Assembly: GCA_964270895.1 (NCBI GenBank)
Contig: OZ185436.1
Reading direction: 5' to 3' (one strand)
DNA: 64,000 nucleotides
Source of the DNA: Podarcis filfolensis
Lineage: Eukaryota
The notes beneath the pieces are model-generated. The model saw nothing but the letters and a program-made list of their open reading frames with translations, was not told the origin of the DNA and ran no database searches. Shown here piece by piece: positions 39,380-52,344 of this stretch. Made by a program: the position numbers and the translations under genes. Position 1 is the first letter of the stretch, and the number at the start of each line of letters is the position of its first letter.

Positions 39380-40019
39380 CTGAAATCAGGCAGAAAAAAA
39401 AGGAAATGTTATTAAAGACACTAAGATGGCTTCTAAAACTTCTCTCTTGCATTCCCTGCCCAATTTGCCACCACGTGGTAAGTTCAGGTATCCCAGTAAA
39501 GAACTACTACCTGGCAAGTCATCTGGTCTCACTATTCCATTCTTAACAGTGTCCAATACTGGTTGTGGTGCTGGAAAGCATGCAAGCCTGTTACACACAG
39601 AGCGCTCTATCTTAAATAGTTTGCTTCTGACTTCCAAGGTTCAAGGATGACCCTCCACCTACATCTATTCCAAAACATGGACATTACCCCAGCTGAAAGT
39701 TGCTGCTGTATATTCACATTTTATTGGATGTTTTTAAATACACGCTGTCTTCATAGCAAAGAACTATTTAAGGTTAGATGGATGCAGAGGCTGAAGAGAA
39801 CAATATTTCACTTTAAATATGATGCATGTTAATTTCACCTTGTGTTATATAGCTGGGGGGAAATATTGCTGTGTTGGAAAAATGATGGTGGGGAACTAAC
39901 TTTTGCCTAAATTAAGTTTTGTATGAAGTCTGAGGAATTGAGGCAAATTGGGGTCTGAATCTACTCAAGAGATCTCAAAGAACTCAAATATGAAGTTTCT
40001 GACTTAATAAGAATATGTA

Positions 40020-40261
40020 CAGTGGTACCTCGGGTTAAGAACTTAATTTGTTCCAGAGGTCTGTTCTTAACCTGAAACTGCTCTTAACCTGAGGTACCAC
40101 TTTAGCTAATGGGGCCTCCTGCCACCGCCTCGCCGCTACCACGCAATTTCTGTTCTCATCCTGAAGCAAAGTTCTTAACCCGAGGTATTATTTCTGGGTT
40201 AGCGGAGCCTGTAACCTGAAGTGTCTGTAACCTGAAGTGACTGTAACCTGAGGTACCACTC
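40020..40261. mobile_element. Tigger-like MITE, same family as 1328-1569
   Basis: TA-CAGTGGTACCTC...GAGGTACCACTC-TA. Confidence 0.9.
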
Positions 40262-40289
40262 TATATTGTTCCAAAGATCAACCTCCACA

Positions 40290-40490
40290 TCTGAAGATGA
40301 AAGTAGCCAATGTGACACTAATTTTTAAAATGGGATCCAGGGGGAATCCTAGAAATTACAGGCTGGTTAGCTTAACACCTGTCCTGAAAAAAACTGCTAA
40401 AATGACCAAGCATATAGAAGTACAAACCTTACTAAAGCAGACAGAAAGTGGAGTCCCACAAGAATTAGTATTGGGACCTGTACTTTTTTT
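40290..40490 (+). mobile_element. CR1 reverse-transcriptase fragments
   Basis: KVANVTLIFKMGSRGNPRNYRLVSLT joined to SGVPQELVLGPVLF, with an internal deletion. Confidence 0.75.
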
Positions 40491-41016
40491 AAAAAAACAA
40501 CAAGCTAGAGCAGATAAGCCTTTCCTTCAGGAGTGGAAGCCCTTCCAAACCTCTAAAGCCCATTCTACTTTTTAGCCATTTTCCCGACTCCCCAGCTTTT
40601 GAGATGGCTTCCTGCCTTTTTCTTCAAGTCCCCTTTCCAGTAGTTTAAGATCCTGCAATGTTGCCTAATGAGTTATTCAATAATATAGTTGCTCCATTTG
40701 GAAAATAGATTCAAAGGGCTTTTTTTTAAAAAAAGGGGTCAGTTGATACAAGAGTGTACAACAACATGCTATGGAAATAAGGACAATTTCCCATATGCTT
40801 TACAGACTACCACAATGGCCGGGTATAATTTTGTTTTAGGACAGCAAGTCATCATTTTTTAAAACCAAGAATTGGACAGTACAATATACCCATATTCCAT
40901 TTTGGAAAGGGAATTGCTACACACTGTCAGTGGGATATAAAGGCTATATATGCATCTACTAGCAAATAGTCTCAGTAAACTGGATAAACACAAAGCATTA
41001 CACATGGAAAACATAC

Positions 41017-41186
41017 TCTTTGATTTTCTTTTCCGATGGCTCTGTGCCTGGATCAAATATTCCTTTGGGAAGATGTTGAATCAGCCCAATCCTCTGAGCT
41101 ATACGGATCTGCTCCTCTTCTGTTAGTTGTGTGGCAAGACGTGCCTGGCTGGGCGTTGGGTGATATACTGGAATTGGTGCATGTTC
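41017..41186 (-). CDS. RNF11-like: RNF11-like exon 2 (EHAPIPVYHPTPSQARLATQLTEEEQIRIAQRIGLIQHLPKGIFDPGTEPSEKKIKE)
   Basis: 170 nt, AG/GT boundaries, RNF11 central motif TEEEQIRIAQRIGLIQHLPKG. Confidence 0.93.
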
Positions 41187-43449
41187 CTAGAAATTCAGAA
41201 GACAGAGTGGCTGAGTGATTGCTACTCTTGTAACCAGCCAGTAATCAAATGGAGATAAACCCACACTCAACATACAGCAATTCAGCCGTCAACTATTCTT
41301 TCTTCACAGACCCCTATATTACTCCAGTAGAGCTAGTTATTCAACATATTTCCACAGATGTGGCAAAACTAAATAACCCTGCAGGCTCCTACATTGACAT
41401 ACTTAACTTTTTGGCATATGCAAGCTGTAACTGTCAGATAATATCTACTCTGTAGTACACCAGATGGGCTAAATCATGGTGCTGTCATGTTTCTGATTGG
41501 GATTTTAAGTTTTTACAGGGGAGTGAGCCAGCAGTTGCTAACTAAACAGCAAATGCATCATTTGCAGATGCGTAAGAAGCCCTTCTGTCTGCTATGGACT
41601 CTGGTGTTGGGATCCTTGCAGAACTAATTAACTCACCATAAAACAATCAGATCCATCTCTTGCTCCTCTATTTTGGGATGTATCTAGACAAACATTTATT
41701 GTGAGACAGTGGTCCAATAATATACTGTTAGCTTGGAATGCCCATGCCCCCAATTGCTTTCATGCAGCAGAATGCCCTTGCTCCCAAGCCACTGCGTTTA
41801 AAATGAAGACATTTTAGCAAATTGCAAGTTGCCCCCATAGAGATGCATTAAATTACTGGTCTCTAAAGCAGATGATAATTGTTAGGAACACTGCCCCAAT
41901 CAAGATTTGGGACACAAGAATTGCAGTGCTGGCTGAAATCAATAGTCTACCTAATTCAGCATTTTGTCTAAAAGTGGCCAGTCAAAAGCTAAAGAAGTTT
42001 AGAAGCAGAACATCCATTCTATGTTGTTAGTAAACATTATCCAATCATCTGTGGTACACTCTTCTTAAATATGGAAGTTCCTCAGTGTATTTATCATTTG
42101 TTTATTTCCTTTAGAAAGCAATCTATAATATAATAGTGTAGGGATTTTTGTGTGTGTGAAGCAGGTTTTTCATTTGTCTAATCCGCTGCCTATATGTTTC
42201 AGGAGGTAACCCAAAGAGTTTCTGAAATTAATGTGAATAAATTCCCCACACATTCTAACAGCCATCTTCCCAAGATCCACTCTGGTACTTTGAGATATGG
42301 AATCCTGATGTTTTGTTCTAGCCACCCTTTTAAACTAAGTTTGTGCTGCCTTTACCTTCCCCAGGTTTCAAACAGGATGAAACCACCAGAATTTCCCTCA
42401 GTTTTTCCTAATTCTTCTTCCATAGACTGTCTGTCCCCACATTGGAGAATGCTACTCTGCAGGTATGGCAGCTTGCAAAAATGCCAGAGAAACATGCAGC
42501 TGCTCCACAATAAACCTCAGACATGGGAAAGCAAATATCAAAGGCACACAGGACAGCTGTTGAAATGGACAAGACGTAACAATCATGCGTGTTCTGTGTC
42601 ATTTTTCTGCAGAAAGAGATGGTGGTGTTATGAAATCTGACTCTGCGTTCCTGGTTACCACAGCCTGGAACTCAACATCTTCTAAAGATTTGTCAGGATG
42701 GGTGAACGCACACCTAGCATAAGATAGCCTGGAGTCTAAACATTCATTTTCAACCAAGCCTATTTAGTAATTGATTGGTTATGTTCAGTACTGTACTGCT
42801 CATTGAGAGCCATTTCCCACATTAACCCAGGTTTGCCACCAAACATACAATTTGTGGGGCTGCAGTCAATCTTGGCCCACCAACAAACATACCTGTATGA
42901 TGCCTGTACTTCAAAGCAGGTCCTGTCACATTTACATTCTACATTGTAAGTTGTATACTTCATCATGCGGAGCAGTTCACAGCTCAACATGAATTTGGGT
43001 CTCCTCACTTCAGATCCACAGCTCATTCTTATAAATCACACCACACTATTTCTGCTCCCCAGTTCTTATCTTCTATAACTGACTCATGACTTTGAGTTTA
43101 TCTGAATGCCCACCACGACCCCAGCCCTAGTCACACAACTCATGTTTCCATAGCTTTTTGAGAGAACCTTGACCTATGACCCCAGACTCACACACCACAG
43201 TCCAAAGGTTAAAGGGCAATACTAATGGCAGTGCAAAAATATTATCTTTCTGTGCTTGACACTGTTCTGTCTCCTGCTCAACCTTGTACATCCATTCCCA
43301 AGCCAATAATGGGCTTAACTCACCCCAGTAACATCTACTCTCTAGGTGACTGTAGGGCGAGGGGGCATCAAGCCCCATTCTTGTGTCTCCTTAGCATACC
43401 TGGATGAGGTCGGGGGTCTCCACCCTAATCTGTTATCCCGGTTTCTTTC

Positions 43450-44080
43450 TATAGCTACTGTTCCAGCTCACCCCGCCCTACTTACCCCAAGAACCCGAAG
43501 CCAAAGCCAATAGCCGACCCCTGTGCACCCCTCAAAATGCCACCCGAATTTCCTCGCCCCATATGTCGGCTTCCTACTCCCTTGCGTAGCAGAACCCCGT
43601 AGGCTACCCAGGGCTGGCCCCGACGCCCAGCACCGCAGTCGCCGAGGCCTGGGGGAACCCGCCCCACAGCCCCCCTTTCGCCCTCCGCCCCGCAACCCCC
43701 GACCCGCTACCTGGTAGGGGGGCGGCGGGACAGGGATGGGCGGTGGAGACGGATCCCCAGGCCCAAGGCTCGCCCCATCGCCGGTAGAGTCGTTGAGCAG
43801 CGACAGGTCATCGGCCGCCTGCGAGGAAAGGCAGCCCCCCATGCTCGCCCGAGCCCGCCCGCTCGGGGCCGCTGCCGGGTCCGGCCCGGGCAACCTCCCT
43901 CCCCCAGCTCCGGAATGGGAGGGGGGCGCAGGGGAGGAGCGGCGTGTCGCAAGTCTTATCGGGAAATGTAGTTCTAGAGACTGGATCTCCGCGCTTGCGC
44001 AGTGTGAAGCAACCCGACCGCGGAAGGATAGGGCGTAGCAGCGGAAAATAGACGGAAAGGTAAACTGGCATTCCGATAGG
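43450..44080 (-). promoter_or_regulatory. CpG island / promoter of the RNF11-like gene
   Basis: Very GC/CpG-rich; ACTACATTTCCC (ZNF143/THAP11-type) on the minus strand at 43961-43972. Confidence 0.75.
43711..43842 (-). CDS. RNF11-like: RNF11-like exon 1 (MGGCLSSQAADDLSLLNDSTGDGASLGPGDPSPPPIPVPPPPYQ)
   Basis: G2/C4 acylation motif, DDLSLL dileucine signal, PPPY motif, donor CAG|GTAGCG. Confidence 0.92.
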
Positions 44081-44828
44081 CAGCGATAAACAAAAGAAGC
44101 ACCTTCAAACGGTATTACAGCGTAGCTTTAATTAAATCTGAACATTTCTATGCGCAGCAGAGTTTAAGTCCATAACTATTCATCTAATTACTAATTTTCA
44201 TGTTTCGGTTGCGATCTACATTATGTCGGAAGTAAATAGCATAAAAAGGTAGACCAACCAACCGAGTTGTTCTTGAGTGCTCGGGCTGAGGATCACATCT
44301 GAACCAGGAGAATCTTACTTCAATATTACGTGTAAAGTTTAAACTGTCTAAATCCTGCTTGGTGCATTGATTTGTTCCGGATTAGGAGACCAGGGTTCAA
44401 CGCCCCCTCCCCGCGAAGCCCACTGGGTGATCTTGGGCAACACACTGCCTTTCTGCCTACTCTATCATACAGGATTGCTGTGAGGATTAAATGCGGGGGG
44501 TAGAGAACCGTATCTATCACCTTGAGTGCTTGGGAGGAAAAGCGGGATATGAAAATGCTACTTATATGACAGTGAATTTTTACTATGAGCCCTTGAGTTT
44601 TCTGTAATGTTCATCATAAGTTGTATCCAACACTGCTGTTCATATAGACTTCCCATCCTCTCCAACTCTTCCATCCTGCCATGTGCTCTCGAAATCTGCT
44701 CTGGTGGGTTTTCCAGAGCAAACTATGGGAGTAGCATGACCTTTGGCCTTTGACCATCTGTGGCCTTTTAAAAGTAGGTGAGAAGTATTTAATGTATTTT
44801 TCCTCTGGGTTTTAATGTATCTATATAT

Positions 44829-45171
44829 AAAGGTAAAGGGACCCCTGAACGTTAGGTCCAGTTGTGGACTCTGGGGTTGTGGCGCTCATCTTTCTTTACT
44901 GGCCGAGGGAGCCGGCGTACAGCTTCCGGGTCATGTGGCCAGCATGACTAAGCCGCTTCTGGCGAATCAGAGCAGCACACGGAAACACCGTTTACCTTCC
45001 CGCCGGAGCGGTACCTATTTATCTAATTGCACTTTTTGGCATGCTTTCGAACTGCTAAATTGGCAGGAGCAGGGACCGATCAATGGGAGCTCACCCCGTT
45101 GCGGGGATTCAAACCACTGACCTTCTGATCAGCAAGCCCTAGGCTCTGTGGTTTAACCCAGAGCGCCACCC
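44829..45171 (-). mobile_element. Sauria SINE
   Basis: Reverse complement of the 1785/36881 family, with an AAAGGT-repeat tail at the left end. Confidence 0.9.
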
Positions 45172-45374
45172 ATACCTTGCGTTGCAAACGTGATCCATGC
45201 AGCAGGCACATTCGCAACCTGCAGTGCTCAGTGTGCGCAGATGCGCGACATGATTTGGTGTTTCTGTGCATGCACCAAAACCAGGAAGTAACCCGTTCTG
45301 ACACTTCCAGGTACGGCGCAGTCTGCAATCCAAAAACACGCAACCCACAGCGTTCGTAACCCTAGGTATGACTG
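45172..45374. mobile_element. Tigger-like MITE with a clipped left TIR
   Basis: Right end GGTATGACTG-TA; the left end keeps only ATACC next to the SINE head. Confidence 0.65.
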
Positions 45375-45899
45375 TAGTCACTTTGGGTTGCCCTGGGAAA
45401 GATAGGGAGACTAACAAATATAATAATAATAATCCCATAATACAGAATCATCAACGTGATACATCTCTCCGTAGCAGCCCATGCATGGACAGTTACCTTG
45501 TCATGTACTGTACAAGAAACATATATGCAATAAAAGAGCGCCATACATGTGACAATCGAACAGCCTAGCCCTAAGCATTGTCACATCTTATACAAACAAG
45601 ATTATGTTTAGTTATAAATAATAGTTTATAATGAAGCTGTCGGCAAATGTGACAGCCTAGTAGCCTATTTGGAAGCAAGGGTTTCCCCCTGAAGCATGGC
45701 TGCCCCCACAAATCAATAAAAATACATAGCTGAGGTTCTCCCCCCTCTAACAAAAATCCTGGCTACGCCGGTGCCCTGAAGCCCCCTACCACGGGGTTTG
45801 CCCATCTTTGAGCAGGCGGCCATGATCTGTTGCTTGCACGGGGCTGCTCCCCTGTGGTTTGTTTGATCGCTCCCAACTCTGTAATCTTTTTACGTTTCT

Positions 45900-47400
45900 C
45901 TGCCAACGTTATTTGAAGATAGCACTGCACATGCTCCGTAGAACGTAATGGGCACGCCTCCGCCCCCTCCTCCAGAAATATGCATCCACGAGACTCCAGA
46001 AGCGCCCCCTCATGTCTTATACCGACAAAAGGCGGCGCCACCCCGCCCGGCTCGGAGTCCGGGTCAGGCTAGACGCGTCAGCCCGGCCACGTGGGCGGGG
46101 ACAGCCTCCCTAGCCCAACGGCCGCTTGAACTCCTTTTTCCCTTCGGTGACACCGCCTGCTACACTGAGCACGGAAAGGCGCCCGGTGGCTCTTGGAAAA
46201 AGAACTGTTTGCTTGCGTTTTTAGGTAGACGCGAAGCTACTGTATTAGTTTTTTTCCCCAGCCAACGGAAGTTTGCACCGGAAGAAAAACTTTAAAAACA
46301 AGCGAAACGAAATCTCTTCGGGGTGACAACGTGCAGCTGGGCGACAGAATCAAGCCTCCCGCCGTCTGGCTTTGTAGCGCTTCATCAGCGGCCAAGTTAG
46401 GTTGCGCGACATGACGTCAGCCATCTGCCTCAAGGCGCCGCGCTTCCATCCGGACTAGTGGACGGAGGGAGGAGAGGGCGTGGCTACCGCCCTTTCTCCC
46501 GAGCCACGTGACGTACTTGCTTTGCCCTCGTCTATAGACGTGCGCGAGCGGGTCCTCTGCTCCTCCCCTTTTTCTCCTGTTGGTCTTAGTCACGTGAGCG
46601 GCAGAGACGGCGGCCGGCCCGGCTCATCGCCCGCGTGTCGCGTTCGTCTTGCCGCCCCCACCTTCTTCCCTCCTTCGGCGCCGAAGCCGCGGTCTGAACC
46701 TGGGCACGCGGGAACCGGGCAGGTACAGCGCCGGGGTTCCCTGGGCGCGCGTGGGAAGCTCGGTGGTTGGGGCGCGCCGTGAGCGGGCGTGTGAGGGGAT
46801 GGCGCGAGGCTCCCCCGGCTTCGGCCTAGGCAGGGATTTCGCGAAGGCGAAGCCTTCAAGGAGCCGGGCTTAGGCGGGTGGCTGGCTGGCTGGGGTTAGG
46901 TCGCCCAGCGGCTGAGGAGGCAGGGCGGGAGTGGGGCGGAATCTGAAACGGCCCGGTCGTGGGCGGCGAGGCGGGCGGGGGGGACCGAGTTGGCCGGGCC
47001 TGATCTGATTGGGGCGAGACGTTGCCGGCTAAGCTGCTGGGCTGCTCCGGCCCAACATGGCTTTGAGGGAGGGGCGTGAGGGCTTCCGCGGTGGTCAGCG
47101 GGGCCCTGGGCAGCTGCGCTTCTCACGCTTCCTCTGTGTGGGAGGTGGTGCTGCAGAGCCCAAGGCGGGAGCCGGGAGAGCCTCGCCGAAGAACTGTTCG
47201 CCCGGCGCACGCTTAAACAGAAAGAGCCCCGGCGAACCAGATCAAAGGTCCCTCCAGTCCAGCGCCTTGTTTCTAAAAGCGACTAGAAAGCTCAAACCAT
47301 CCATCAACCATCCATCTCCCATTATACGTTTCGTCCCCACCCAGAAGGCAGCTGGTACTTAAAAGCACACAGCCTCTTAAGCATGGGCGCGGGGTGGGGA
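45900..47400 (+). promoter_or_regulatory. TNPO2: TNPO2 CpG-island promoter and non-coding first exon(s)
   Basis: CRE TGACGTCA at 46412-19; CACGTG at 46088, 46505 and 46591; ETS-like GGAAG; candidate donor CAG|GTACAG at 46722. TSS not resolved. Confidence 0.75.
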
Positions 47401-48213
47401 GGCCTTCCGTTTGGTGATTAGAAACTGTTGGTTGATCTGTCACCTCTAATATTTACATCTCTGAGATGACGGAAGATAAGAATAAAATCTGGAATTGGAA
47501 TAGATGTGCTGGAGAGTCCCGCATTTTGGCTCGGCTCTTGTTGGCTCTCGCCTGATACCTTGTACAGTACTCCCATTTCCTTGCTGTAAGCACGTGTCTC
47601 CCCAACTATGTGGAGTCTTTGCACGGTCCTCTTTCATGCCCTCATTCTGAAGTATTAAGAGTATGTCCAGTCCCAATGTAATGGAAGCAAAATAGCCCTG
47701 CTTGTTGATCATAACTGTTCACTACTTCAAAAATCAAAATTGGAATAGAGGGGAGTGAAAAGCTTACAAAATGATTTGTATGTACGAGCGGGTAGTTTCT
47801 GGGTATCAACTGGATTTTTTTAAAGGGAGGTGAGTACTCTCACACTTGAGTGTAATAGTTGTGGAGCACTCAACCTCTAATACATTTTGAAGAGTCACAA
47901 ACGCACAGTTATAGGTATTGGATTGTGCAGTGTTGTGTCAGAGGCCTTATTAAGTGGATGCTTGTGGAAGCTGTGCAGTTACATTTCATGTGGAAATCAA
48001 AACAACAATAGGTGATCTATATGAGGAAAAACATTTTGCTTGATACAAAATAGCCTATTTAGACCTTAGAAAATATGTCTTAGAAGCAGAACATTGCCGG
48101 AAGTTGTCAGAATTGCATGCAACAAATGGGTAACAACTAGGCATTATATACTGTAGTATGATACATGGGTAATTACTAATATCAAACAAAGTCATCCCTC
48201 ACATCAACATCCT

Positions 48214-48270
48214 TTGCTATCTTTATTTATTTATTGCTATCTTTTATTTATTGCTATCTTTCATTTATTT
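48214..48270. repeat. Three-copy ~19-bp AT-rich tandem repeat (TTGCTATCTTT-ATTTA)
   Basis: Read directly. Confidence 0.85.
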
Positions 48271-48481
48271 CAGTGAAACCTGTCTACTATATATTGCCAT
48301 AGGGGAGAGCCTTGAGCAAGTTCCTCCCATGTTCTATGGATGCTCTCTGATGAGTCATACATAGATCTTGACTATGCTGCCAAAAATGGGTTTTCTAGCA
48401 CTTTCTAAGGACCTTGCTCTGTTGCATATCTTTTTTGGTAAAACTTATTTTTAGATGTTTTCATTTATATTGTCTTAAGCA

Positions 48482-48801
48482 CAGTGTTCAAAACTCCCAT
48501 TGTTCTAGGCGCCTTTTGCGACAGGGAATTTCATTAGTGTAAGCAGTTGCTAAACTCTGGGTGCAGTACTGTGCCTAAGGTTTCAGATTAAAACTTCAGA
48601 GTGGAAGGAAAGGAAGACCTTTTTCTGCTTCCCCACTTCCAGCTACTCTCTGAAGACTGGAGGATCAGACCATGTGAAATATTTTAGCTGCAGTTCATTT
48701 ATTTTCAGCTTTGTATTGTTATAAAAAGTGTGCCCAGACATTCCATTTTTGTGCCCATATCCTAGGTTTAAGCTGCCATAATATATCAGTTTCTAACACT
48801 G
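48482..48801. mobile_element. hAT-type MITE
   Basis: Same TIRs as 24860; TSD CTTAAGCA/CTTAAGCG. Confidence 0.85.
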
Positions 48802-49152
48802 CTTAAGCGGTCACATTTGTGCTTGTGGAGAAGTATAGCAACTTATGCATGTGAAATCCAGGTGCAATATTGTATAGTGGACAAGTTTTTCTGGTACATG
48901 GGAAATCACTCCATCTATGATGTTTGTGCAAATCACTGTCTCTCCATCTTGCCCACCTTACAGAGTTATGGATCTAAATGAATCCTGTCTTTTGTGGGCC
49001 TCAAATACCAATTTGCCATCTGGCTTGTACAAATATAAGCAAGCACTGGCTGATTACCTAGGTTACCTGAATTTTGATTGCAAGTGAAGGTGCTCTCAGA
49101 TGTGTACAACATGTAGTTTTGCTTCTTAGTTTGGTGATGTTTGCAGTCATAA

Positions 49153-49702
<550 letters not shown>

Positions 49703-49778
49703 AAACTGAAGCAGCTGAACCAGTTTCCTGATTTCAATAACTACTTGATATTTGTATTGACACGACTGAAATCTGAGG
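49703..49778 (+). CDS. TNPO2: TNPO2 coding exon 2 ([25 protein letters not shown])
   Basis: 76 nt, in frame. Confidence 0.96.
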
Positions 49779-51052
49779 GTATGTCAGTTACATCTGTCAC
49801 GATGAAAGTTTGAGAAAAACGTCGTGGTATCTTGCCTTTATTGTATAATATCAAGGATTTAACTGCTAATTTAGAATTATGGCAGAATAATGTATTTGCT
49901 TGATTGATACCTGTTTTGCTTCAGAAAGTACTATCTGGTGTAGAGGTTGGAAAGGGTTCCCTTTCCCTTTGGTGCTGAACTAGTAATTGTTTTTGTTCTC
50001 TGTTCTGCCTTGCTATGAAAAGTGAGTCAAATTCTAGCAAGGAATTCAACTGTCAGAATTTTGCCAGACACTGATAATCTTCATCTTTTTTTACAGTGGA
50101 GATTATACTGCTTTCTTTTGGTGGGAGGGGGTGCAGAAAGAATGTAAGGATTAATACATAAGTTTGGTTTTGGGTGTCTGTGTGTGTGTATATTTATAAT
50201 GAAAGGGTCTGCACAGGAGGGTAGGAATGCAAGCCCATTGTAAACACACAGATGACCAGTAAGGGACCTTGTAGAATAGATAAAGATAAAGGTGCTCTGT
50301 TTCTATGGTGACCAGAGGTGTCCAGTTTTTAACTGCTTTTTAGCCATGCCCAAAGAAATGAAATTATTTGGATCACTACATATCCTGTGCTCTGTAAGCT
50401 CCTGTCAATCAGCTGATAGATAGGATTGTGCACAAGGCTTTGTAGGTACTTTGGATGAGCTGATGGGCGGTGCCTGCAAGTCACCTTTTGGCCCAGCTGT
50501 GTCTTCCTTCCCAACACCTGATGTGGCTTGGCGAAGGTGACTTCTTGGGCCAAATGGTGAAGGCCTAAATAGGCCTATGGGCCGGAGTCTCCCCACTGCT
50601 GGATTTTAGGAGGAACAGGTCCTACAGAAGCATCCCATTGCAACTCACTTTGGCAAGGGGGATATAAGAGCGATACTGGGAGTGTGTCTGAATAGAAATA
50701 GCATACCTGCAGCATATCCAGGTGTCAACAATTGAGGATCATAAAAATTTGATTGCAACAAAGTAGAGCATTATTTGTATTCATATACAGTTCTAAAAAT
50801 GCTAAGGAACCACAGTATGTAGAATGAAAAAAAATGCATAACGCTTGTTAAGTTAATGAGTAAAATCCTATCGAATGATTGCATTACTGTTTCAGTTCAT
50901 GATTATCGAGGAATATCTAGTGATCCTCATTTCCCCCCTGCATCTCTGCTTAGGTCACCATTATTACTGTGGGGTTGTTGGTTTTTGTACCTGCCTGTGT
51001 ACAGTATATTGGGTCTTAGAGAATTAATTTCTTTTCTCCAAAATCTTTCTAA

Positions 51053-51271
<219 letters not shown>

Positions 51272-52077
51272 TGAAAGTGTATTCTTGAGTAGCGTTTGTA
51301 TTCTTACACTGGGCAAAGCATTTGCAGGGTGGGAAGAGAGTTACGTTAGTGTTTTCAGTGCTGTTTGTATTCTCAATGAGAGATAAGTCTCTAAATAGCA
51401 GATGCTGCTTTTACTTGCAGTTAATTCAAGTAAGTGAGTGGGAATTTTACTAACTTTTTGTGTAGGTGCATATATAAATAGTAGATGATGCTCATGAACA
51501 TGGTGAAGCGAGCTGAGTGCAGAGGTGGGAAGGTTGACATAGGACTATGATATTAAGGTCGTGTGTGGGTGAAGGGTGTCTGTCTCGTGGCAAATATGCT
51601 TGTGTAAGCTGCAAAATATTCTCTTTTCCCCTGTTTCTTGGCTTCCTCAAACCAAATAAGCAAAATATACATGCTTGTGGGAAGGATATGCACAATTAAT
51701 TTTTGAATTACTTAGAGATACCAACTGTTGCTGGCTTTCTAAGATTGATAGGTGTCAGTGAGTTCAGCACTCCTGGCAACTGCAATGCATGGGGCAAGGA
51801 GGGCAAGCCAAATGCTTTCACTCTACTGCAGGAGATCTCAGAGCAGTTCACGGATCAGCTCAAAGTATTCTAGAGGCAGCTTTCAGTTCAAAGGCCAAAT
51901 ACTATAGATGACTGATTGGTAGAAGCATCTCATAGAGCCTTGGTTTGGATCATAGTTTCGGTCAGAAGTATTAAACTCTGTTGCTTCTGAAAGTTCAAGG
52001 GAGAGTTGGTGGGTACAAGAAGTTAAACTGGGCTTGTGATGTGATATTGAACTGCAGCCTGTTCTTTCTCTTGGTAG

Positions 52078-52184
52078 GTATTCTTATTACCACCATTGCT
52101 TCCAAAGGGGAGCTGCAGATGTGGCCAGAACTTCTGCCCCAACTTTGCAACCTGCTCAACTCTGAGGACTACAATACATGTGAA
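52078..52184 (+). CDS. TNPO2: TNPO2 coding exon 4 ([35 protein letters not shown])
   Basis: 107 nt, AG/GT boundaries. Confidence 0.96.
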
Positions 52185-52344
52185 GTGAGTTTAATTGCAA
52201 TAGGTTAATAATTGATAATAGGCAACAAGATTGTGTAAGTAATTACTTTTTAGCATGACTGGCTGTAGCACAGCAATCTTGTGCCACAACTTACTAATGT
52301 AATTTGCATCCCAATCCTATGCATATCTACTCTGATGTAAGTCT

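Noticed and set aside
199-40261. Recurrent palindromic repeats suggestive of a CRISPR-like or REP system
   Set aside because: The copies are dispersed, have TIRs and mostly TSDs, and have no regular spacers. They are eukaryotic MITEs.
42760-43026. Cys-rich 88-aa ORF in RNF11-like intron 1
   Set aside because: No zinc-finger or toxin spacing pattern and no splice support.
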